Source: Histomonas meleagridis 2922-C6/04-290x
Lineage: Eukaryota > Protista > Parabasalia
Assembly (NCBI GenBank): GCA_020184695.1
Contig: JAANOX010000068.1
Location: 172,027 to 236,026 of the forward strand
DNA: 64,000 nucleotides
Direction: 5' to 3'
The translations under genes and the position numbers were made by a program. Positions 55,266 through 64,000 of this stretch are shown here, in pieces. Each line of letters starts with the position of its first letter. The first letter of the stretch is position 1. The notes beneath the pieces were generated by a model. That model ran no database searches. It was not told the DNA's origin and was given only the letters and a program-made list of their open reading frames with translations.

Positions 55266-55745
55266 TGGAAAATTGAATCCAAACCAACGAATTTGCAAAT
55301 TGATTTTTTGTGGGGATTATTTGTTTCAAATAACTTTTTCTCCACTCCGATAGAGGATTTTGAATTATTTTTAATCGAAAACCGAATGAAAGTGGAGTTT
55401 TAAACGTGTTCCGATCAAAAATAATTCACCACAATGACGATCAAAAATTATCCAAACTTCAAAAATTCAAACACCAATTTTTAGAAAATCCAGAGCTAGA
55501 TATCCACTAGCACATCGTAAAATAAAATAAAAATCTATTGATCAATCTAGAAACCTTTTGCAACAAAAATATCGGAGCAGATACTTATCTAAATACCTAG
55601 ACAATAGTAACTTTTTTAACAGATATTATTTCCATTAGCTTAAGGATTTATTTTAAGCTTAAAACTGATCTTTCATAAGGTATTCACGGAGAAATTTTGC
55701 TGTATTTTTTAAACGGTCGAAAAATTTTGGTCATAAATACTAAAA

Positions 55746-58178
55746 ATGGATGCTGCAATCCAAATTGCTCAACTTTTATATAATATGACCTTACCAGATA
55801 ATGAAATTCTCAAGCAAGCCAACAGTCAAATCGAAATGCTCAAGAACAAAAGTCCATTTGAATTTGTTCAAGTTCTTTTTTTGATTCTACAAAATTCCAC
55901 AAAATTTCCACCACAATCTGTTATGATGTCTCTTATTTTGGCACGTGTTTCATTTTTAGATGCAACAAAAATCAAAAAATTAAATGATCCAACAAAATCA
56001 TATTTATTAATCCCACCTGAATTTGCAAATGAATTTGGTAATTTTGTTAACATGCTCCTTTCCAACCAAGATCCTAATGTTATTCAGCATGCATCAAATC
56101 TCTTTGGGCAAATAGCGATTTATTTATTACAATTTAATCCCATGGATCCCATTGTTTCTTTAATTTGTCAAAACATCGCATCAGCACAAAACAAACTTGC
56201 ATATTGTAAAGCACTTCTTTATGTTGTTCAAGATTTTGAACTTGAATCACAATATCAAGTGCATGTTTTTAATATTGTTCAATCCGTTTTATTAAGTAAC
56301 AATAGCGATGATAATATTAAATCCATTTTACTCCAAATTTTATCACAATTAGTTTCAATTTTATCTACAGTTTTACTTAACCAAGAACAATGTCGTCAAT
56401 ATGTCACTGCAATTTATTCACTTTCAGCATCTGAAGCACTTAAATCAAGTGTTTATGATTATTTTGGTTCCATAACACTTGAAGCACCTGAGTTACTTGG
56501 GTATATTCTTGAAATCTTTGTTCAAAGTATTAAAGATCTTGTTTCCACTCAAGATGAATTCGTAATGTATAACATCTTTTATATGTGGGAAAAACTTGCA
56601 GATTATTCCTACACAGAAGGATTATTTCAAAATGAATTAGCGAATTTGTTACCACAAATTATGCCCATTTTCTTGAAATTTGCTGAATCTATTCCAAATC
56701 CAACGGAACTTGATTCATATGAAGAACAATGTGCACCTCATATAGATTCACGTAATTGTATTCAATCGTTTATATTTCCATTTCATGAAATACTTATTCC
56801 GATTCTTTTTCAATATGTAAATGCAAATATTTCATCAACTGAACCACAAAAACGAGAAGTTTCATTATTCTGTTTATCAACTTCATATATTATTAAAGAA
56901 AACAGAAATTTGTTTTCATTTGTTGATCAATGTTTAATCTTTATTCGTAATGGATTCCAAGATACAATACGTATAGTCAAAGAATCACTTGAATTACTTA
57001 AAAATATAATTTCATATGCACCTGATGAAAAGGATTATTCACCTTTTATCCCTGTTTTAATGCAACTTATTAATACGCCATTAAAGCCAACTGTTCTTGA
57101 TGTGTTTGAAAGTTATCTTGAAATAGAACAACTTGGAGGTAATATTCCAATTATCTTTCAAACACTTTTAGCACAACAAGATGCAGCGTCAATTGATTGT
57201 GCGCGGAAATTTTTGCAAAAAGTTTCTACAGCTGAATTTGTCCAAAGTTTTATTGCACGTACAATAGCATTAATTGAAGTTAGTGTTACAGAAAATGATG
57301 ATGCTTCTTATACATCTTCATTAATTGATTTATTACTTGACATGATTAATATAATGAAAGAAAACATTGTACCATATTTCCAAGGTATATTTAATTTGAT
57401 TGATCAAATATATAAAAGATTTGAAATCCCATCTGCTTCTGCTTTAAGAGTTATTTCATGTATCTCATCTATAATTGGTGATCCTAAATTTATGCAATAT
57501 TCAATTGAACAAGTAATGATACATATGACAGATGAAAATGAATTTATGATTGCCGCAGTTCTTTCATCAATTACTAATTATTTGTCGAAATGTAAAACAA
57601 CTGAAAATTATTTACATGAAATTATGAGATTACTTTTCGAAATGATTGATAAAGATTTTAATATAGATACAAAAACTTCTGTATTAGAAGCAATCAATGC
57701 ACTTCATTCATCATTTCCTACTAAATTTATTCCATTTTTTGCAAAGTTAATGAACGTATATAAAGGCGCACTAGAAAATATATCAATAATTAATGATAAT
57801 GATAAAAAAGATGAAACACATTTAGCAGTCGATTTAATTAGTGCGATACTTGAATCGTTATCAATGTATTTAATATCGGCAATACAATTAAATGCTCAAG
57901 ATGCAGTTCAAGAATGTATACAATTGTCTTTAGCAAGTATTCAAATGGCTTCGGGTTTAAGTGCAATGAACGCAATTTGTGTGTTGGATATATTTACATT
58001 GTTGAATCAACTTTTGGATATTGATCAAAATGCAGTTAAAGGATTTATTTTACAATGTAATAGTTTAAAGGAATTGTTAGCTGAAGCGAGAGGATCTGCA
58101 AACCAAGAAATATTACAAGGTTTAGAAAATCTTGTAAAAAGAGTACCAGAATTATATAATGTAATAATGTCTGAATAA
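55746..58178 (+). CDS. Importin-beta/karyopherin-like HEAT protein
   Basis: IBN_N-like start (ILKQANSQIEMLK..FVQVLFLIL), HEAT pattern, and an acidic loop followed by NISSTEPQKREVSLFCL. Confidence 0.75.
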   Translation: MDAAIQIAQLLYNMTLPDNEILKQANSQIEMLKNKSPFEFVQVLFLILQNSTKFPPQSVMMSLILARVSFLDATKIKKLNDPTKSYLLIPPEFANEFGNFVNMLLSNQDPNVIQHASNLFGQIAIYLLQFNPMDPIVSLICQNIASAQNKLAYCKALLYVVQDFELESQYQVHVFNIVQSVLLSNNSDDNIKSILLQILSQLVSILSTVLLNQEQCRQYVTAIYSLSASEALKSSVYDYFGSITLEAPELLGYILEIFVQSIKDLVSTQDEFVMYNIFYMWEKLADYSYTEGLFQNELANLLPQIMPIFLKFAESIPNPTELDSYEEQCAPHIDSRNCIQSFIFPFHEILIPILFQYVNANISSTEPQKREVSLFCLSTSYIIKENRNLFSFVDQCLIFIRNGFQDTIRIVKESLELLKNIISYAPDEKDYSPFIPVLMQLINTPLKPTVLDVFESYLEIEQLGGNIPIIFQTLLAQQDAASIDCARKFLQKVSTAEFVQSFIARTIALIEVSVTENDDASYTSSLIDLLLDMINIMKENIVPYFQGIFNLIDQIYKRFEIPSASALRVISCISSIIGDPKFMQYSIEQVMIHMTDENEFMIAAVLSSITNYLSKCKTTENYLHEIMRLLFEMIDKDFNIDTKTSVLEAINALHSSFPTKFIPFFAKLMNVYKGALENISIINDNDKKDETHLAVDLISAILESLSMYLISAIQLNAQDAVQECIQLSLASIQMASGLSAMNAICVLDIFTLLNQLLDIDQNAVKGFILQCNSLKELLAEARGSANQEILQGLENLVKRVPELYNVIMSE

Positions 58179-58287
58179 AAATTCATAACATAATTATGAA
58201 AAACTGTAAAATTTTCCCAAAATTACAATTTAGTTGTTGTTGGTGAACTGTTAAAAAAACATTTTATTCCGGCAAGTAAAGTATTTA

Positions 58288-59202
58288 ATGGGAAACGTTA
58301 AAATAAATTCGTTAATGTCTAAAACGGTGAACAAATGGGACGAGGAAGAGGATAATATTCTCAAAGAATTGGTGCAAAAGCACGGCAAGCAATGGAACTT
58401 AATTGCTCAGCATTTGCCAAAAAGAACTCCATCACAAGTTGCTGCAAGATGGGAAAAGTGCATTGATCCTGCAATTACTAAAGGTCCATTTACACCAGAA
58501 GAGGACGAAATTATTAAGGATTATGTGGCAAAAAATGGGCCACGAAGTTGGCCAAAAATTACAACATATTTACCTCACAGAAGTTCAAAGCAATGTCGTG
58601 AAAGATGGTTTAACCACCTCGATCCAAATGTCAGCAAAGGTCCATGGACACAAGAAGAAGATGAATTTATTTACCAACAATTTTTAGCAATAGGAGGAAA
58701 ATGGTCAACTATTGCGAAAATGCTTCCAGGAAGGACGGACAATGCTATTAAAAATCGGTGGAATTCATCTATATCAAAACGACGTTCTATCGATTCAGAT
58801 GGAAATGAATATATCTTACCAGACACATCTAAAAGACACTATAGACAAAGCAAAGAACAAAAAGAAAAATCACCTCTTCCACCAAAAGTTCCTACACCGG
58901 TTCAAACACAAGAAGTTAGTATAAATCAAAACACACAAGAAGAAACAACAGAAAAACCACATAGAGGAATAAACCCTCCTCCGTTAACAATTCCAACTGA
59001 TAATCCAAGATCTCCAGATATAACACCATCATGTCAATTTACTCCTTTTGCATTACCAAAAGGAAATAGCTTAGACTCCGGATTGTTCACTCCCCTTTCA
59101 CCCATTCCAGGATTCCCCAAAACGCCATTTGCTCTTAATTCACCAACAAGTCTTTTTTCACCCTCATTTAAATCATCGGATGATGCAGATACTTTTAAAT
59201 AA
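58288..59202 (+). CDS. Three-repeat (R1R2R3) Myb transcription factor
   Basis: KWDEEED..RWEKC, GPFTPEED..KQCRERWFNHL and GPWTQEED..GRTDNAIKNRWNS, with an S/P-rich tail. Confidence 0.93.
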   Translation: MGNVKINSLMSKTVNKWDEEEDNILKELVQKHGKQWNLIAQHLPKRTPSQVAARWEKCIDPAITKGPFTPEEDEIIKDYVAKNGPRSWPKITTYLPHRSSKQCRERWFNHLDPNVSKGPWTQEEDEFIYQQFLAIGGKWSTIAKMLPGRTDNAIKNRWNSSISKRRSIDSDGNEYILPDTSKRHYRQSKEQKEKSPLPPKVPTPVQTQEVSINQNTQEETTEKPHRGINPPPLTIPTDNPRSPDITPSCQFTPFALPKGNSLDSGLFTPLSPIPGFPKTPFALNSPTSLFSPSFKSSDDADTFK

Positions 59203-59716
59203 TTGTGGTACATGTCTTTATCAATGTGAATAAAAATAAATTTATTAATAAAATGAAGAAGTATTTTTTTTTTTTAAACAAGATTCAAATTTGAATCGCA
59301 TCAATTTTTCGAGATTTGGAAAACTATCTAATAACGACCCGCTCACCTCATGTTTTTGATCTTTTCTTTTATCTTTGAAAATTATAATTTTTACACTCAT
59401 TTTTTTGTGTAAAATGTAATAAAGGGATTTTTCAACTTTTTAATTTGAAGTGAAATTGATTATCTATAATGATAAAATTAATATTGAAATAATTTAGTAT
59501 TTAACAAAGAACATTAGTAATTATAAATATTTTTTGAGTTTACAAATTAAAATTATGAATGTGTATTGATTTATTAACAATTTAATATTTTTTCGGTGGC
59601 GACCGTTTGAAGTACAAGCTTAAGCTATCGTAAGATATTTAAAAAGTGAATTGTGAATTTACAAAAAAGTGTAAACGGTTTCTCTTTCCAATCGAACAAA
59701 GATATTCAATTACCAA

Positions 59717-62062
59717 ATGAGCCTATCCAAAGTCAAAAGTCTTCACTCAATTCCATCAGAACGTGTAAAATGCCTTGATTTTCATCCAACTCAACCTCTC
59801 CTTTTGGCTGCACTTTATTCTGGAGATGGCTTAATAATTGATTGTAATTCTGGTGCAATCATCAAAAATTTAAATGTTCATCATGGAGTTCCATTACGTA
59901 CATGTAAATGGGTTCCTACTAATGGGAATGTTGTTTTTGGTGGCGATAAATCATCAATATGCTTTTTTTCTCCAACAAAAGGACAATTATTACTTGAAGT
60001 ACCAAATGCTCATGATGCCTTTATTCGATCATTACAACCTCATCCAACAGAGCCTTTAATGCTTTCATGTAGTGATGATTATACAATTAAACTTTGGGAT
60101 ATATCAGATGGATGTAAATTATTAAAGACATTTAAAGCACACAAGAGTTTAGTCATGGATGCTAAATGGTGTCCACATGAACAAACATCATTTGCTTCTT
60201 GTTCACTTGAAGGAAAGATTATTTTTTGGGATACATCTAGTAGTCAACCTAAATTTTCTCAATCAATATCAAAAAAATGCATTAACTCAATTTCATTTTC
60301 AACCACAGGAGATCGTTCTTTATTAGCAGCTGGTACAGATGATATGAATATTCAAATCTGGGATTACCAAGCACGTTCTCTTGTTGCTACACTCGAAGGC
60401 CATGAACATAATGTTACCAGAGTAGAATTTCATCCAACAAGGCCAATTCTTATTTCAACATCAGAAGATAATGTTTCTTATCTTTGGTCCACCACTACAT
60501 TTAAGAAAGAGAATTCGTTAACATCCAGACTTGACAGAGGTTGGGCAGTTTCATTTTCAAGTTCATTTCCATTTTTAAGTATTGGTTATGACAAAGGATT
60601 AAACATATATAAATTTGTTAATAGTGGGATCCCCATGTCATTAGATCGCTTTGGTAAGTTAGTAATTGGACATGGAAATGTTTTATCCACATCAATCATA
60701 AAGAACGTTAACGATATCGTTGACGGTTCTGAAATAAACATGACGATTAAAGATGAAGTCACGATCGAATCACCTCCTATTGATATACTTCATTCTCCTA
60801 ATGGTAATTATGTTTCGATTGTTACAGATGATGAATGGTCTATTCGTGGCACCATTGTTCTTAGTTCCATACGTGAATTTGGAAAAGGTCTTAAATTTGC
60901 ATGGTGTTATGATTCGAAACGTTTTGCCGTCTTAAATATTCATGGCTCCATAACATTTTGGAACAATTTTAAGACGCCAGGAGAGACAATACCAATATTT
61001 GCAAGTCGAATATGGGGTGGCGAGTTATTATCAGTCATCAATAATGAAGGAACTGAATTTTATGATTGGGATTCCAAATATGTTGGGCGAATTGAAGCCA
61101 AAGCTAAAGACATTAAATGGAACAATGATTTATTAGCGTTACAACTTAAGGAGTCCATTTTTATCCTTCAATATAATCGTGATAATGAAGCTGAAAATGA
61201 AAAGTTCGAAATATTACATGAAATCACATGTAAAAGTAGTAGTATTTGTTGGGTATTAGACGAATTATTTTATACCGAAAACAATAAAATAAATCGCTTC
61301 ATCTCCGGTATAGTAATTCCTACGTCGACATTAAAAGTCACGCCAACAATTATTGGATACATAACGAAAGAGAATTTATTAGTTTTAGCGGATCAGAATC
61401 GTAATATCATTGGTATTAATATCCCATATTCATTAATCCAATTCGAATCTGATATTAGTAATTATGATAATGAAGAAGAAGATGAAAACATCGAAATGTT
61501 AAATATCCCGGAGAAATATATCGATCGATGTTCGAAGTTCCTCAAACAAATCGGGAAATTAAACTTGGCATTAAAAATCACGAAAGATCCACAAATGAAA
61601 TTCGACTTAGCACTCGAGTTAAATGAACTTAACATCGCTAAGGATTACGCAAACGATTCATTGATGTGGAAACGATTGGCAAGAAGCGCATTGTTGAAAG
61701 GCGATATTGAGTTGTCGATATTGTCCTTAAAGAATTGTAACGACTTGTCGACTTTGTTAATGATATATAAAGTGCAAAACAAAGTCGACGAAATGAAAGA
61801 GTTAATCGGAATGGCGATGGGACAAGGGCAATATAACGTTGCGTTCACTGCAGCGATGTTGACAAATCAAAAGGATAAATGCATCGAAATATTAATAAAT
61901 GGTAAACAATACGCAGAGGCAGCGCTGTTCGCTAGAAATTATATGCCAGAGAGAACAGGCGAATGCGTAAGAATGTGGAAGGAAAATATAAGGAATAAAA
62001 AGGTGGCCGACGCAATCGCAAACCCGGAAGAATACCCAAATGTGTTTGATGAGTTATTGTAG
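59717..62062 (+). CDS. COPB2: Coatomer subunit beta-prime
   Basis: SERVKCLDFHPTQP start, WD40 propellers (AHDAFIR..HPTEP..SCSDDYTIKLWD; LEGHEHNV..FHP), and a C-terminal solenoid with KFDLALEL, WKRLA and ADAIANPEEYPNVF. Confidence 0.93.
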   Translation: MSLSKVKSLHSIPSERVKCLDFHPTQPLLLAALYSGDGLIIDCNSGAIIKNLNVHHGVPLRTCKWVPTNGNVVFGGDKSSICFFSPTKGQLLLEVPNAHDAFIRSLQPHPTEPLMLSCSDDYTIKLWDISDGCKLLKTFKAHKSLVMDAKWCPHEQTSFASCSLEGKIIFWDTSSSQPKFSQSISKKCINSISFSTTGDRSLLAAGTDDMNIQIWDYQARSLVATLEGHEHNVTRVEFHPTRPILISTSEDNVSYLWSTTTFKKENSLTSRLDRGWAVSFSSSFPFLSIGYDKGLNIYKFVNSGIPMSLDRFGKLVIGHGNVLSTSIIKNVNDIVDGSEINMTIKDEVTIESPPIDILHSPNGNYVSIVTDDEWSIRGTIVLSSIREFGKGLKFAWCYDSKRFAVLNIHGSITFWNNFKTPGETIPIFASRIWGGELLSVINNEGTEFYDWDSKYVGRIEAKAKDIKWNNDLLALQLKESIFILQYNRDNEAENEKFEILHEITCKSSSICWVLDELFYTENNKINRFISGIVIPTSTLKVTPTIIGYITKENLLVLADQNRNIIGINIPYSLIQFESDISNYDNEEEDENIEMLNIPEKYIDRCSKFLKQIGKLNLALKITKDPQMKFDLALELNELNIAKDYANDSLMWKRLARSALLKGDIELSILSLKNCNDLSTLLMIYKVQNKVDEMKELIGMAMGQGQYNVAFTAAMLTNQKDKCIEILINGKQYAEAALFARNYMPERTGECVRMWKENIRNKKVADAIANPEEYPNVFDELL

Positions 62063-62443
62063 ATTTGAAATGAATGAATAAAATTGAATCAGTTAAAATA
62101 CATTTTATGGTTTTAGTTGTACAATTTGTTTGATGATTGAAAAATAAAATGTGTTAAAATGATTTCGATGATGAATGGAAATATGGATTTTGATGATTTT
62201 TTTCATTAAAGATTTCTTATAAAAAACATTATGTTATAATTGGAATAAAGCATTATAATAATGCCGTATAATGATAAAATAAATGATATGTATTCAAAAA
62301 AAATGTTGAAAATATAATATCAATAATAAGTAAAAAATCTTAAAGAATTAAATATTTTCTCATCATGAAAAAAAGTAAAGAGCTAAATTTGCAAATCTGA
62401 GATTTATTAAAATAAATCACAAATTTGAAGGAATAGATTTAAA

Positions 62444-63835
62444 TCAATCTTTTAAATGATTAATTAAAGTTTTAAGATTCTTCATTATTTTGATTTTTTG
62501 CCGGCTAATGTCAAAAGGATTTTGTGGGATTGGTGGACATTCTTCAAAGCCTTTCTTATGTAAGACATTCAAGTCACCAAATTGGTTGTCTTCATATGAT
62601 TTAGTTGTTATTATTACTGATGTAATAATATTACCAAAAGCATTATGACCAATTATTGGTTCTTTATTTCCATAATAATAGATGCATTTAAGTGATTTAC
62701 ATTGACTGAATGCATCTGATCCGATACGTTTGATTCCATTTCCGATATAAAGTGTGCTTAATTTGGTACAATATTGGAATGCACTTATTTCAATCTCTTG
62801 AACATTATTTGGAATTTTAATTTCTTCTAATTTTGAGCAAAATTTAAATGCTCCAAAATCAATTTTAAATAACATAAAATTCATATTTAAAATTTTAAGA
62901 TTGATACACCTACGGAATGCACTAACAGAAACTAAAGTAATGTTTGGAGGAAATATATATATTTCATCTTTTTTACATTCTGGATATTTCAAAATAATAT
63001 CAATTCTTTTGTTATACAAAATATCATCACAATTAAAGTTTGAGTAAAATAAATTTTTTGGGTGAACCCTAATGCATGCAAGAGATTCACAATCAATAAA
63101 TGTTTCTGAATCAATAAAGTTAACTGAACTTCCAATGAATACCCTTTTCAAACTTGAACAAAATGAAAACGAAAAATACCCCAATGATTTGACTGAATTA
63201 GGAATATCCACTTCGAATATACCTGTGGCAGAAAATGCATAATCATTTATTGTATTAACATTTTCTCCAATTTTAGCAGTTTTTAATTTTTCACAATGTT
63301 TAAACACTGAAATTCCAATATACTTTACTGAATTTGGAATGATTATTTCTTCAATTGAAAGACAATCTTCAAAAGCATTATTATTTATCATTTCCAAGTT
63401 TGTACCTAAGTAAGCATATGACAAAGAAAAACATGAATTAAATGCTGCTATTCCAATACTAAAAGTTGAATTGGGTATTTCAATTGATTTCAATAAAATA
63501 CAATTTGAAAATGCATAATCACCTATTGTTTTGATATTTTTTCCTAAAATAATAGTTTCTAAATTTAAGCAGCTCATAAAAGCGCCATATTTAATTGATG
63601 TTGTGTAGCTACCAATCTGTACTTTAATTATTGAATTCCATTTTTTAAAGGCATTTTTTTCAATTGCATAAACACCCTCTTCGATGAATAATTCAAGAAT
63701 TTTATTATTTTTTATAACATCTCCATATCTTATTTCACTAATATTTGAAATCTTTAATTGATTTTTCACCAATATTTCCAAAGTTTGTGTATGAATTATA
63801 AATGATATTAACAAGTATATATAATAAATATTCAC
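62444..63835 (-). CDS. BspA-like (TpLRR/LRR_5) secreted or surface protein
   Basis: Signal-peptide-like N-terminus, many xIPNSVKxIGxxAFxxCxxL repeats and a CIYYYG cap; no obvious TM segment. Confidence 0.9.
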   Translation of the reverse strand: MNIYYIYLLISFIIHTQTLEILVKNQLKISNISEIRYGDVIKNNKILELFIEEGVYAIEKNAFKKWNSIIKVQIGSYTTSIKYGAFMSCLNLETIILGKNIKTIGDYAFSNCILLKSIEIPNSTFSIGIAAFNSCFSLSYAYLGTNLEMINNNAFEDCLSIEEIIIPNSVKYIGISVFKHCEKLKTAKIGENVNTINDYAFSATGIFEVDIPNSVKSLGYFSFSFCSSLKRVFIGSSVNFIDSETFIDCESLACIRVHPKNLFYSNFNCDDILYNKRIDIILKYPECKKDEIYIFPPNITLVSVSAFRRCINLKILNMNFMLFKIDFGAFKFCSKLEEIKIPNNVQEIEISAFQYCTKLSTLYIGNGIKRIGSDAFSQCKSLKCIYYYGNKEPIIGHNAFGNIITSVIITTKSYEDNQFGDLNVLHKKGFEECPPIPQNPFDISRQKIKIMKNLKTLINHLKD

Positions 63836-64000
63836 TATGAAATAATGAAATGAAAAATGAAAGAATATATAAATATATCTTTACTCAGAAAAGTATCATC
63901 AAAAATACAAATGAAAAAAACTATTGATCAATCAAATTATGATAATTACGAAAATAAATATGAAAATAAACAAAATTTAGAAGCTTTTTATTCGACAAAT

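Noticed and set aside
1-64000. tRNA, rRNA or snRNA genes
   Set aside because: No cloverleaf or rRNA-like conserved segments were recognised by eye. The only GC-rich structured segments are the element hairpins. A covariance-model scan would be needed to exclude small RNAs.

Overview
This is AT-rich eukaryotic DNA, most consistent with a trichomonad (Parabasalia; the genus cannot be fixed from sequence alone). That call rests on nearly intron-free genes, TCA[T/C]T-type initiator motifs, multiple Myb genes, BspA LRR genes and Maverick-type elements. Ordinary host genes include VPS13, coatomer beta-prime, an importin-beta-like protein, MO25, two Mybs, an inositol polyphosphate kinase, a GBP-like GTPase, a PDI-like protein, BspA and a >1000-codon ORF running off the left edge. 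They are interrupted by three accessory islands. (i) About 4.6-9.8 kb: a tyrosine-recombinase pseudogene, an (AT)n tract and ankyrin cassettes. (ii) About 19.8-32.9 kb: a BspA relic, an 11-unit ankyrin cassette array, a Helitron-like Rep/PIF1 relic, a Maverick/Polinton fragment (ATPase, integrase, structural-type genes) and an amylase relic. (iii) 39.7-47.5 kb: a fully delimited 6.8-kb non-autonomous Maverick-like element (TIRs with large palindromes, 6-bp TSD CTATGC, capsid pseudogene) followed by more ankyrin cassettes. The strongest novelty candidate is the ankyrin system. At three loci, each 90-nt ankyrin repeat is followed at the same codon position by a conserved ~80-nt AT-rich spacer that breaks the frame and cannot be removed in frame by GT-AG splicing. 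This points to non-canonical introns or a recombination cassette library. Family assignments come from motifs read by eye and from recall; no searches were run.
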